In this document: in pieces, positions 13,157 through 29,700 of the stretch | Layout of the letters: every line of letters begins with the position of its first letter | How positions within the stretch are numbered: position 1 is the stretch's first letter | Assembly (NCBI RefSeq): GCF_000143415.4 | Contig: NW_003314282.1 | Coordinates: 1,569,374 to 1,633,373, forward strand | DNA from: Selaginella moellendorffii | Taxonomy: Eukaryota > Plantae > Lycopodiophyta | Reading direction: 5' to 3' | DNA length: 64,000 nucleotides | Position numbers and translations under genes: made by a program | Notes under the pieces: generated by a model | Database searches by the model: none | What the model saw: the letters and a program-made list of their open reading frames with translations, nothing else | What the model was told of the DNA's origin: nothing

Positions 13157-13205
13157 GGGGCACTCCCAGAATTGAACTCCGCACCAGAATCATTCATAAG
13201 TGCCC
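13157..13205 (-). pseudogene. Internally deleted tRNA-Pro-like remnant
   Basis: The minus strand reads GGGCACTT..ATGATTCT GGTGCG GAGTTCAATTCTGGGAGTGCCCC. It has an acceptor-like stem (GGGCACT/AGTGCCC), a T-loop and tRNA-Pro-like blocks, but at 49 nt it has no complete cloverleaf. Confidence 0.45.
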
Positions 13206-13361
13206 ACTAATGAAATGCTTACCTAATTACATTTAAAATCCTTAATGGAAAACTGATTAATGTCCCTTTACATTGTTCTTCCTTTTTGCTTTAAACGGAA
13301 GGGAGAGGTTGACAAACACCAAGAATATGCCATAGGGCTTTTTTAGGGCTTTAGAGGCGCT

Positions 13362-15318
13362 ATGCAGCTCTGCGTTTTCGATTCTCGGCGAGGCCAGCAG
13401 GAGGGGCATGAGCTCGACAAGGTCCTCTTCTTCTACCCGCTCGATTGCCCGCTCCCCTCCCAGCTCTCCCTCGTCGGCCTCAGCGAGGGCCTCATCACAT
13501 TCTCCAGGTACGATCACTCTTCCCTCGCGCTCGCCCTGCTTAGAATTCGACCTCCTTCCTCTACCAGGATATTTTCCCCCGATAGTCCTTGCGAGTTCAT
13601 GGAGGCCGAGAGGCACGGCCACATTTTCTACGAATGCGAGCCAGATATCTGGATGATTTTGGTAACGACAAAACGAAGGCCTCCTTGTCTAGTCTTTCTA
13701 TGTTTTTTGCTTTGTTTTTGTGCTTCAAGGTGGTCGAGAAAGATGGCGATGGCGACCAAGTAACCAGAGATGGTGCTTATAGAAGCTTACTCAGGGAGTT
13801 GTATGGTATTTTCAGGCTGTTCTACGGGAAGATCTCATCTCGCCTTGAGAATAATCCAGTCGCCGACGTTGTTCGCAATTGCTTGTATGTGTTCGTTCCC
13901 GACTATATTGGAGGTGAGTGCTGGTCCTTTTTCTCTCTTTTTTATTGAGAGTTATTATGCAGATATGATGGCGGGGAAGACTTTGTGGCTTCCTACAATC
14001 TCGGATTCGCTCGCTGAGCATGCGACTGTGAGGATTCTCTCGGTGGAGCCCGACATTCTTCTAGAGTGCCAGGTAAAAAAAAACTTTTTAGTCATTTGAT
14101 TTCTGTAGGCTTTTGGTTTTTTCTTGACATCTCTGTTCCTGATCAGTTACCTTATCTTGGTTGAAGTCCTTGCTGGGTCTCTTGGAGTCGTGGAGTGGAG
14201 TACCTCAGCAGTCGATGGTTCTTTTTCACAACTATCTCATATCCAGCACGCTTTTACCGGTAAGTTTGCGCTTCCTGCTAAACTTTAGTTTCTTCACCGA
14301 TTTGACTCTAGAGGGTGCTTTTTATTTTTCTCAGGCTGACACAATGGCAATGTACACGTATGCTGTGTTGCGCATGATACCATCAGTCGTCTCGCAATCT
14401 TTCGCTCAAGGGTCCAAGAGGTCGTATACTCGGCACTCGGTGCTAAACAGCGTCGTGTCCACGTTTGTGACAGAGCCCAAGCGTTCGGTGTCCTCCTTAC
14501 ACGAGCAAACCGTCTCGCAGCCGCTCCACCATGACGCTTGGTGGCAAGACGTGGACGGCTTTCTCTCTAGTTTTGCTTGGGGTGCTGATGGTCCCGGCGG
14601 TGGCGCAGTTATTCCTAGTGTCTGGCTTCAAGAGGGAGAGAAGATGACATATCTCTGTGTTTATCAGCACAGGGCGCTAACTTTGCTAATGTTTATCCCC
14701 AGTGCCGAATCGGTGGCACTTCTGAGGAAACAAATCATCGACCAGGTAAGTTTCTATTTTGTTTTTCTTTTACAAGTTAGTGGCTGATCACTGACCTCTT
14801 GGTGTGTTCCAAGGCCGATAAAATCCAAGCGCTGGAAGAGAAGCTCACGAAGCAGTGGGGTGGGAGTAATGCAATGCATGTTCCTGGATACCGCTACATG
14901 CACCACGACTTGAGTAGAAGAACTATAAAAGCGTCACCTCCGAACAAGGTCGCTACGTTGGCCAAGGTGGGATTTTTTTTTTTTTCTCATCCTTTTCGTG
15001 ACAGAGATGTTTCTCGCAGGAGTCTCTGGCAGTCTTGAACAAGGTGAGAGGAGAACTCGACAAGGAGAAGAATCGATCAGATCACACAGACAAGGAGCTC
15101 TGCTTGCGAACGAAAAACAATGCATGGGTTTCCGCTAGAGCCCGTGCTGGACACGAGCTCTACGTGGTACTCGAGAAAGCCAGTGACACATTGCTAGTGG
15201 CCTCGGACGCTATTGACAAGTTTAACAAAAGGTAAACGAAACTTTTCCTTCCAAGTTCCTGAAAGGCTCATCTCGATCCAACAACAGGCACTGTGAAGGC
15301 CGGCTTTCATCAGATTAA
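13362..15318 (+). CDS. CCZ1: Vacuolar fusion protein CCZ1 (Mon1-Ccz1 Rab7 GEF subunit), multi-exon
   Basis: The N-terminus MQLCVFDSRRGQQEGHELDKVLFFYP...GLSEGLITFSR|IFSP...EPDIWMIL|VVEK matches plant CCZ1. Further matches are HVPGYRY and ASPPNKVATLAK, and the last exon reads RHCEGRLSSD* (TAA 15316-15318). Confidence 0.92.
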
Positions 15319-15557
15319 TCTTGTACAAATCAACTTCATCGCGAGAAAAAAAATAGAGGACATCGAAGGAAAAAGAGCTCTTTCATTTCCAGTCTACACA
15401 CAACTTTGCCAGATTATTTTGCCGTCCTCTTCTCCTATCAATCAAACCTTTTGGCTGCCGAGATCAAAACGTATATTAGTTCTGCTTCACTACCTTCCAC
15501 TCCACTGACGCTACCGTCCCGCGCGCACCAAAAATCTAATCCTTCTTCTCCTGTCTC

Positions 15558-17913
<2,356 letters not shown>

Positions 17914-18039
17914 TATCCTTTTTCTTTGCTGTTCTTTCACTCTTTTCTTCCCGAGCTCAAGCGAATCTACCTGAGAGCTCGCTCATCCCTAAATCTTGCT
18001 GCCTCCCGACGATCGCGAATCGATGCTCTTGCGAGAGAT

Positions 18040-18500
18040 CTCGCGAGCAGTGCGCGTGATCTAGCCGGCGCCGCCCCGGAATTCACTTACCTCGCTACGA
18101 TGCAAACCCTCGCGACACGGCGAAGTGAAAGAGAGAGAAGCAAGCCCTAATAGTGCGCCGGTTTTGCGACGCGGCCAGTTAGCGTACGTCGGATCCGCGA
18201 TCCAACGGCTGTGGCGAGAGCTCTCTCTCATTCATTCCTTGTTCTAGAGAAGGGAAGAGGAGGGAGGCTATGGTGGAGGCGGAGCTCCAACGAGCTCGAT
18301 TCTAGGGCAGAGACACTCGCCAGGTAAGGCGCGCGGCGGGCGCTGGTTGATTCCGGGTCGCTGGGACGAGAGACGTGGGAAAAAGAAAGATTGCGAATTC
18401 CGGTCTTGATCGAGAGAAGGGAGGAGAATCACTCGCAGCGCGGTGGATTCGCATTGGAATAGGAATGCGAGCACAACACAGGGTTTAGGGTTTCTTTAGA
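18040..18500. promoter_or_regulatory. Bidirectional promoter between the two DDX3 genes
   Basis: 635 bp separate the divergent ATGs. Telo-box-like AAACCCT (~18104) and AGGGTTTAGGGTT (~18480), GATCCGCG (18192) and TCCAACGGCT (18201) lie in between. Confidence 0.5.
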
Positions 18501-18548
18501 GCGGCCGAGAGAAAGGAGAGAAGAAGGAGAAGAAGAACAAGGGAGGAG

Positions 18549-20633
<2,085 letters not shown>

Positions 20634-21104
20634 GAGAGGCTCCCTTTTGGCGTTCTCGTTTTAACACGATGGTTGGAGATGGCAAGCATCTTCACGGCTC
20701 CACAGTTACGTTTTCTTTGTGTTTTTTCCGTCTCTCTCGTTCTCTCTATGTTTCAATTTACTAACTTTTGCTCGCTCAATCCATTCTTTTGCTGTTTTTT
20801 GGATCAATGGAGTGTAAGGTTCTCCATGGCCATTTTGTTTTTGTGGTCTCTTTTAATCTTTTAATATTCCAAAAGCTGGATGTTAAGCCCAGTTTACTAA
20901 CACAGTATTGATCTCTTTCAAATGTGACAGCAGTAAGTCTTTAGTAAGAGGAGAGTATTTGAAATAACTTGTATCAATGTCTTACCAACATGGAGGAAAA
21001 TATCTAAAAAGATCTGTAGATGTGGCAGTAAAAAGAGAACATATAAAGAAGAGAATATGTGAGAGAACTTATAAATAGTAAACAAGAAAAGGAAAACTAA
21101 AGTT

Positions 21105-21215
21105 CGCCGACTCTATGGAAGCCACGCATTCGATGGGGGCAATTGCGAGGCCACACTGAACGACTGCTCCAGCTGCAGGGACTCTGGAAGTCCGAACACA
21201 GGGGAGAACTGAAGC
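21105..21215 (+). pseudogene. 3' fragment of a KP4-like gene duplicate
   Basis: gccgactctatggaagccacgcattcgatgggggcaattgcgaggccacactgaa...gagaactgaagcta closely matches 22828-22939. Confidence 0.8.
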
Positions 21216-21329
21216 TACTGAGACTTTCGTCATGTTTTAAAAAAATACAATGTTTTCTGCTATAACTCATTATTAAAATAACCAAACTCCATTATGAACA
21301 TTACATAATTATGAGCATATTAATTGCCA

Positions 21330-21915
21330 TTTTAAATTAGTAGGATGTTCCCGAGTTCCATTTAATTATTCCCCTCGGATTCTGTAGTATGAGATCTTTT
21401 GCACTGTCAACCTATAAGAATGATCAGCTAAGGTTAAGCTGTTTCCACTAAGCAAGTATGAACACTGATTAGTGATGTTGTATAGACCTATCAATCTTTT
21501 ATATCACTGTCAAACCCATGAAGCTTTTGATGATACTATGATACTTGTCATCATCAAACGATTTAAGCCATGAGAAGTTGGATTATTCATTCATCAGGAT
21601 CTTGGATTTTATCAATTTGAATATATTCAAGAACAATATTAACATGACCATACTAATGTTGTCTATCCACCAACTCTTCCAGTATCTTACCGCATTGGAC
21701 GTACGGTGAAAACACCCGGCATCCTCCCTAAACGCTCTACTAAACACTAGAAAATTGACGTATTCACCCAGGACAAGTTCGAGCGTTCTTCCAGCCTGAA
21801 ATGAAGCACGTATAGCTCGTCTCAGTCTCCTTGTTACCAAAACTCCACCTGGTGGCGCATGGCACGAATTCAGCTGACAGATTACAACGAGAAAGGCTAG
21901 AAGAAACAATCTTAT
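21330..21915 (-). pseudogene. Third, decayed paralog of the lectin-fusion gene
   Basis: LFLLAFLVVICQLNSCHAPPGG...FQAGRTLELV...FLVFSRAFREDAG matches the N-terminus of 7869-8789; frameshifted and lacks an ATG. Confidence 0.75.
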
Positions 21916-22458
21916 TTTAGTTTCTTAGTTTCTTTCTTTTTCTTATCGAACTGTTTATGCGAGCGATCGATGAAGCTTGCCTTGTCCTGATTTAACAAGA
22001 TTTTAGAGGGATTGTAAGTTCCAAGAGATGTGAAGTACTTAAATTACTTTTGGGTTTTTCTTCGAGCACTCCATACTGCGGTCACGTTTTGGCACCCGGG
22101 GAAGAGCCAGCCGAGGAAAACAACAAAACTATCATCTGTAGATGAATCCCGTAACTTGTTAACTGCAAAGGATGGCTCAGCCTTAAATCGGTGGAATTCA
22201 AGAGCCTATAGACAGCTTATTGTATACTTTGAAAATTCACGGACAGTGAACAGTGTGGAAGTAAGAAAATCGAAGTACCTGATACAGGAGCACAGGAACG
22301 ACGTGGTGGACAATCGCATGAGCTAGCTGTGACGATCTCTAGCCTAGCGAGTCTAGTCAAATAGCATGTTCTAATTGTAAATAAGTTCTTGCATTAGAAA
22401 ATATTTTAAAAATCAAGAGATCATGTAAACACTGTATGACGCGGTCTTCAAAATACCC

Positions 22459-22468
22459 CTATATAAAC
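22459..22468 (+). promoter_or_regulatory. TATA box of the KP4-like gene
   Basis: CTATATAAAC lies about 65 bp upstream of the ATG at 22530. Confidence 0.55.
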
Positions 22469-22529
22469 CAAACCATTCCATTGGCAAAATCATTCTTCAT
22501 ACTTCAGCTCGTCATTACAACATATTCGA

Positions 22530-22934
22530 ATGGAGTCTTCTCTCAAGCTCTTTTCTCTTCTTGCTATTCTTCTTGTGATCTTTCTTGGCTCCTCCAGCTG
22601 CGCCAAGAACGACAACTGCAATGGCTCTGGACTCTGTGGATCTCGCGTCAACCAGGCCGATTGCCGGCGAGCAATCTCTCGCTACACCGATGGAACAATC
22701 TACAATGGCTTCACTTCTCGTGTTTCTGGCCATTGCACCGCAATTTTCAGGTGCGATGGCAACTATCCATCCGTGAGTGGGGCAGTTCTCAAGCAGCAGT
22801 TTCTCCATGTGTATGACAACCAGCCTTGCCGACTCTGCGGAAGCCATGCATTCGACGGGGGCAATTGCGAGGCCACACTGAATTATTGTGCGAATTGCAG
22901 GGACTCTGGAAATCCCAACGCTGTGGAGAACTGA
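22530..22934 (+). CDS. Small secreted cysteine-rich protein, KP4 killer-toxin-like
   Basis: Intronless, with a signal peptide. NCNGSGLCG and CRLCGS...TLNYC resemble the NCRGSSQCG and CRVCGS...TVNY motifs of Ustilago virus KP4. Confidence 0.7.
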   Translation: MESSLKLFSLLAILLVIFLGSSSCAKNDNCNGSGLCGSRVNQADCRRAISRYTDGTIYNGFTSRVSGHCTAIFRCDGNYPSVSGAVLKQQFLHVYDNQPCRLCGSHAFDGGNCEATLNYCANCRDSGNPNAVEN

Positions 22935-23505
22935 AGCTAGGCTTCGGACATGTTTCAAATAAAAGAATTGACAATAATTTGCTGTGCAAGTGTTTGCAGC
23001 GTTGTTAGTGTTTGCTTTTTATTCGCTGTAACCCCCCAAATGCTGAATGACAACTTCAAGCTCCACAATGAGCTTTGAACTTGATTGATAAACTTCTTTT
23101 GATTTGAAGCAGTGAGTATACTTTCTGTTTTGTGAGCGGAGACCATCGCTGCACAGCCATTAAAGCGATGATCTTCACTGGGAGTCAAGTAAAACAGAAG
23201 TCAAAGTTTAATTGACTAGCTAGAACTTGAAAAAAGTGTTGTATGCATGGACTTGGAGCCACCTACGCCCGATGATTCCAGATAACGCTTGCATCCTCTG
23301 TATTACTGCGGCTGCTGGCACAGAGTGTTGATTGCGATATTTGCTATGCACTGCATGGCTGTGAGAATTTGGTTGGAATTGTCCAACTAGTTCTGGTGAG
23401 AAACGTAATGCAGCGTCTCACCATATTATAATTTAACTGCTGCAATTTGCCTAGCTTTTTGGCAAGACCACCTTGACTTGGTAGTCAGTCTTCACTAACT
23501 GAAAC

Positions 23506-23670
23506 TTGTTATGTGTTGTACTTGGAAACTACCAGCATTACAAGTTTGACATGCTCCATACAGGCGCACCAATGAAGCTGAATCCATATTTGTTATGTGT
23601 TGTACTTAAACACTACCAGCATTACAAGTTTGACATGCTCCATACCGGCACACCAATCAAGCTGAATCCA
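23506..23670 (+). repeat. Tandem duplication of about 84 bp (2 copies)
   Basis: ttgttatgtgttgtactt...tacaagtttgacatgctccata...aagctgaatcca occurs at 23506 and 23590. Confidence 0.85.
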
Positions 23671-24329
23671 GGAAGAATATTTTTAAGCTTTACTACAGTT
23701 CCATTCCATGAATGATTGAGGAGCATAAACTCCCCTTGCTGAGGCACCCAGATCAATAGGAGCAGCTCGAGCTGGAGCACATCTCTTGCGATTCCTGTCA
23801 TCCAAATGTATGTGTGGCTCAGGATGTGCAAGGTAGCAGTTAGCATTCCAACAGTCAACATTTACTCAATATCATGCTTGCAACACTTACCCAAGGACTG
23901 CTGTTCTTCTATTGGATGGTTGTTTAAAAAAAAGGCCACAGTGGGAATCCCATCTTCTTGACCATGATTGAATGTGATGATCCAAGGGTGTCTTAATTGC
24001 AGCCAATTCAACTATGCAAATCAGATGTTTCAAAGATCTCAGCACCAAATTGAATAAGCTGAAATGGTGCAAAATTCAGTTGATAGAATCAACAAGAAAG
24101 GCTAGAAGAAATTATTTTACACTCATCTTTGAGTTTCTTGCTTTCTTTCTTTTTCTTATAAACTTTCTTGTGCAATCGAATGAGAGTAAGGGGTTTCAAA
24201 AGTGTAATAAAGATAGTAAGGTTAAGGATTTAGTTTTGAAAAAACTCAAAAGGTGCTTTTAAACTATATTGGGGTTAGGGAGTAGCCTTGGGTGAGAATG
24301 AACATGAATTTGAAGGGTGTTAACAAAGC

Positions 24330-25530
24330 CTTTCAAAGAAATGTTTAAAAGTAGTTCCCACTCAAAAAAGGAAAACTGTTTAGAGTGCTCTTCATTCAAG
24401 TGGAGTGGTGCCCTACTTGGGTATTATGAAGTTCATTGGTCCTCACTCCTTTTTAAAGGGTTTTAGCCTTCTTTTCAAGGTAGGTAGAGAGTTAAAATAT
24501 TTATATTGAGCCATTAAGCCATAATGTTTCTTTTTTAAGTCCTAAACTATGAAATGCATTAAAGGCTTAGCGTGCTACAAAACGTGTAGCCAAACTATAA
24601 ATCCAATTTATTCTGGATTGGAAGAGTGAATTTAGGAATTTTTGGAGAGATGGCTAAGTTTATGCAATGAGTAGTTGAAGCCAAATAAGACTAAGTAGGA
24701 GCTGGTATAATAAAAATACCTTGGCAAAAGAATTTAATTATAAAAAAAGCAAAAGTGGTTGGATAGACAAAGTAAATTAATAAATTACAAGAGGAAAATC
24801 ATAGTTTAAAGTTTTTTTCTTAGTTCTAGCAAAAGATAGAGATAAATCATTGAGAGATGGCTAAGGCAAAGCATAAGTGAACAAAAATAAATTTATAAAA
24901 GTGGAGCCTTAAGTCAAATAAAAAGCAGTGGATGAAGAATCCATATAAAAGGAGAATTAGTAAGGAGACATCTAAACATGATTTTGGGTGAAGTTTTGTT
25001 ATCCAAGGCTTGATTGGACACTTTAGAAGAATAAGTAATATATACCAATACTCTACTAGAGACTCTTATATGCAAGTTAAAGTGTGATTAGAAAAGACAA
25101 TAGTTTACAAAGGTTTTTAGTACATAGGATGAGGAACCTTTGGCTAATACTAAAGTAGAATCATAAAAAGTTGAACAAATTGAGGTGGAATTTATTCTAT
25201 AAGTAATTCCTATATACAAACCAAAACCTCCACAAATCCTTAAAGGAGTTTATAACTATATGGTGGTGGATGATATAGAGTGTTATTTCTGAGTGTTACA
25301 ATTGCCAAACTTGGAAAAAGTTATATGTGCAAAATCATATTTAACAGATAATGTTAATTCTTAATGGAGAACAATAAAATCCAACAAAGGACCAATGCCC
25401 ATAGCAATTTATATTCCCCTAAATACTACTAAGGAATGAGCTAAATAAGCTAGGTTAGATAAAAGCTATTTAAGAGTATATAAATGCATTTATGGATATA
25501 GGTGATATGAATTCATACATTCATCTCAAG
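24330..25530 (+). mobile_element. Heavily decayed Gypsy family-A LTR/gag fragment
   Basis: Co-linear with 42020-43420 (e.g. tacaaaccaaaacctccac, tgtgcaaaatcatattt, ggtgatatg) with pervasive C>T/G>A changes. Confidence 0.7.
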
Positions 25531-25539
25531 ATCTCAGGA

Positions 25540-26480
25540 TTTTGTGTGCTAGTCCTAGCATTAAGATGCTAAATGCTCTAAGATTGTTCTAAGTCACTTT
25601 ATACTTCTGTCCCTTCACTCCTTAAGTTATATATTCAAGAGTCACTCTATGCTTCAGTTCTTTTGCTTCTTAACTCCATGCTTAGGAGTTTGGCTCTATT
25701 CTTTTATTTAATGGCTTAAGGCCTTGAAACTCATATTTCACTCCACTGTCCTTGGATATGTGGTATGTGGCATATGGCATGTGACATGAGGCATATAAAG
25801 GGTTTAAATGGTTATTCTATGGTAAATCACTATAGAATAAAAAGTGAAAATCACATATGCTATATTTAGCATCAGAGGATGAATCTTAATGAGTATTATC
25901 CAATAAAATTGGGTAATTATTCTCATTGCATATGTAAAGATGAAAATAATGATCCAAGTGGGTACATATTTAGGTGCTAAAACTTCACATTCATTCTTTG
26001 GGTATGGATTTTGGTTACCTTTTTGTACCATATTGTATGAGTTTGCACTTGGGCTCATAAGATGGATTGAGATGTTCCGTTTGCACGAGTTTGCACTTAG
26101 GCTCATGAGTGAAGCACATTCAAGGTTATAGTTTGAGTTGGCAAAATTAATATTAACTTATCGATAGTTACCATAAGTTGAACCATGTACCATGGGTAAA
26201 AGTAAACCTCCTAAGGGTTTGTTATGGGTGGCAAATAGGCTAGTCCGTAGTTGTTTAGCACAATACTAGTGGATCCTTTTTAAGCATGATTATTTATGGA
26301 TTAATCAACACTATAGAAATTAGTTTATTGGTTCAAATAATCATTGCTGTGCTCTCTTATAAACTTTTCTTGGAATAGACTGAAGGTAGTGCAAATGCAA
26401 GTTCAAGGTTTAGTCCAGATAAAACCGAAAAGAGAGTCCTCAGAGACGAAGGATCAAACACGTAAATCATTTTCTCTTCT
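25540..26480 (+). mobile_element. Family-B LTR end + PBS + internal fragment, inverted relative to 29750-30730
   Basis: ctatggtaaatcac...tttagcatcagaggatgaatc...atgatccaagtgggtacatatttaggtgc is the reverse complement of the 30300-30480 region. Confidence 0.7.
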
Positions 26481-26702
26481 TGGAGAGATGATCTGCAACA
26501 AGGTGTTAACTCATTGTTTATGTTCACATCATGCAATCAAGAGTCCTATCTTGATATATATTAGTTATGATGGTTTTACAAGTGGGTGAATCATGGGATG
26601 GGTAGTGGTGAAGTGCTAAACCATTTTATATAGGCTTGCTATTGATGACTTGGCCTGCAATTTCAATATTGTAAGCTATAAATTTTTCCTTTCCAATTTG
26701 CC

Positions 26703-29700
26703 ACGCCTTTTTAACGAAATAAAGAACATCGATAGAGAGGTGGGTTATGTGACCAGTCGACAGTAGTTACCCCATAACTAGAGATTTCACCATGCACACG
26801 AAGTGCCAAAGCCAATCTGCCTATACTGACCCAAACTCAAAGATTAACAAATGGACAATATCAAAGTCATCAAACAATGATATCTTAGAGTCTTAATTAT
26901 CAGTGAATAATGCTTAGATTAGAACACAAAAGTATTCTAAGTAAGTTATCATCTGATAAACTATTATTATAGTATAAGAACCACCAAGATTATCATGTTT
27001 GGAAAACATAGGATGCACCATCCAACAAAATGCAATAGCCAATATATCATCAAGGAAACTTAATGATGAAACCTAACTACTGAAGATTGCAAATAGAATG
27101 CCAAACAACTTACCAAAGATAACTCAAAGAACACAAAGTATCATTGACTAGCAAGCAGAATGCTCATGAATGTATCACTTGAAGGAAATAACATCCAAAT
27201 CTATTAAAACTAACTCGAGCAACAATCAACAGAATAGAATGAATGTGGTAAGACCAACAAACATTCATTCATGTCAACTATTACACTTAGCCAATTTGAA
27301 TAGATCCCAGTTTGATTGTTGTTAATATAAAATGATTTGCTATTTTCAAGATGGTGAATTCCTTCTTTGACAATGATTATGCATCTCTTCGTTGATGGGA
27401 TGATTGATGATCTTTCATGAAAGTTAGTTGTTCTTTTTGATGGTTTATGGTTTTTTGCAATACCACATGTTCTTTGTGGTTTGCTTTGGATTGATCTTTT
27501 AGGTTTAAAACATCAATAGGATGTTGCTAGCACTTGCTTAGACAACTTTGGTTCCTTAGTATTCCTTAGCAAATTTTTTTTGACAAGGATAATCAACTAT
27601 CCTAGATGATAGTCAATCATCGCCAATGATTGCTAGATACAAATACTAACTTCAACATGGAAACTATAAGCTAAAATGCCTTCCCACCAACTTTTAACAA
27701 ATGAAACTACGAGTATAAAACTCAAAGAACCAAATGCTCAAAGAAGCCTATAGCTAAATTTTGCTTAAGAATAATCACAAGTCTCGCATGAACGAACTTC
27801 AATGCTAAAGAAGAAATCATGGTACAACCCACAGCATCCTCTTTAACACATCTGTAAGCTAAATTTTATTATGTCAAAGCTAATGAAGAGTATGTTTGCA
27901 TCAATCCAAAAGTTAAGCGAAGCTATACTCAACAAGTGATTATTTAATCAATCCTTTATGAATCCATTTATAACAAGACATAACTCACTAAATAACAAGC
28001 ATAAGAAAAATTATCAATGATTGATATATCCCCACTCAAATCCAATAAGGACTCAAACATTTCAATATCGATCATTAATTCTTCTTCTCGTAAGGTTAGC
28101 ATAGTTTATGACTAAATCACGTTTCAAGGAGAAGCTCAAACCTCAACCCCTACTAAACAATCTCGTTTAGAACACAACTAACTCAAACTTGCCACTCAGT
28201 TCATTTGAACGTCAATACAGTTGCTAATTAGCAAATGCTCGAATGCTAACAACACAAAGTTATAGCCAAATCATCAACACTATCTTCATCGAGACTAGAG
28301 AAATTCAATATCAAGGTGCAATCCTGATATATACGAAGTGCAAGGTGCAACCTGCCACCAAGCATAACATTACAGAAGAAAGGCACAAGGGTCACCCTTC
28401 TTAGAAAAGCGCAATAGCCACTTTTTTACATTAACTCCAGACTCTATCCAACTCATTTGCCTTAGCCTTCAAAGTCAACATCCTTTTCATGTTACATCAT
28501 ACAAACTACCTACTAATGTTTAAGCCAACCGAAGTCAACTCCAACCCCTTCACTAGTTTGTACTAGCTTACAAAAACAGAATGGTTTTTAGGCAAAGTGA
28601 TCAAGATTAGCCACTGGAAAAGTCTAAGAAAATTTGTGGAAAATTTTCCATCCTAGAGAAAGAATGACTCTTAGTCTAGGAATGCAAACTTTCAATACTC
28701 AACCAACTTCCTGCTACAAACAACTTCACATAGGTTCACTTTAACACAATACTCAAGCCTCAAACATCTTTGCCTATATTTCCGTTACCGAATATCAACA
28801 TTTGTAAAATGCAAAGTGAACATCCAAAGCTTGATCACGAAGACCACATCTTCGGATATCCACATTGCACTAACACTCTTCTTCAACCATCTTCAAGATC
28901 CAATGAGAAGCCAAAACACTAACCAAAAAAATGACATAAAAAATCAAGGTATAAGAAAAATTCCTTATCACTCAAAATAACAATGCCACTTCCACTAACA
29001 CAAGTGCTAGTGATGTCAATGCCTTAACTATACATCTTCTCCATCCAACAATTTACTCTAAGTGTTAATGAACAAACCAACAAGTTATAGCAAGTGAATG
29101 CTATAGCCTTTTTCCAACACTTTATGGGCAAACCCTTAAGGAACAAGGGACCAACTTAAGCTTAGCATAATGGACCATTATTGAGAATTCAGTCAAAGCT
29201 ACTACAATGTTACTTCGTGCAAGTAGACTAGCTTCACCATCAATCACTTTAGGGTCGATCATCGTCTAACCAAGCAACTTTGTAAACACATTGCTCATTA
29301 TCACATGGATATGATATAAGTATCACAATGACTTGATCGCCAATTGAGCAGCACCACAAGTAATGCCCATGTCACTACTACAAAGGTTTATTCGAGTATC
29401 AAATGCCAACTCAATTCAACAAAATGCAACATAAATGCCACACTTCACCGATAAAGATTTATAAAACCCAACACGACTAACTTTTGTTCACAATACGGAC
29501 AAGTTTATGCCACTCTCTTTCATACCAAACTCAAAATTAATCCAACACCAAGCTACTCAAGGAGCAATAGCAAGGTTCCTTGGAAAAGAATTGAGCATTG
29601 TAACTCAAGTTTTCAATAGCAAACTTAGAAAAAATGGTTTAGCGCTTCACCACTATCCATCCCATGACTCACCATTTACAAGACCATCATTTCCAACATG

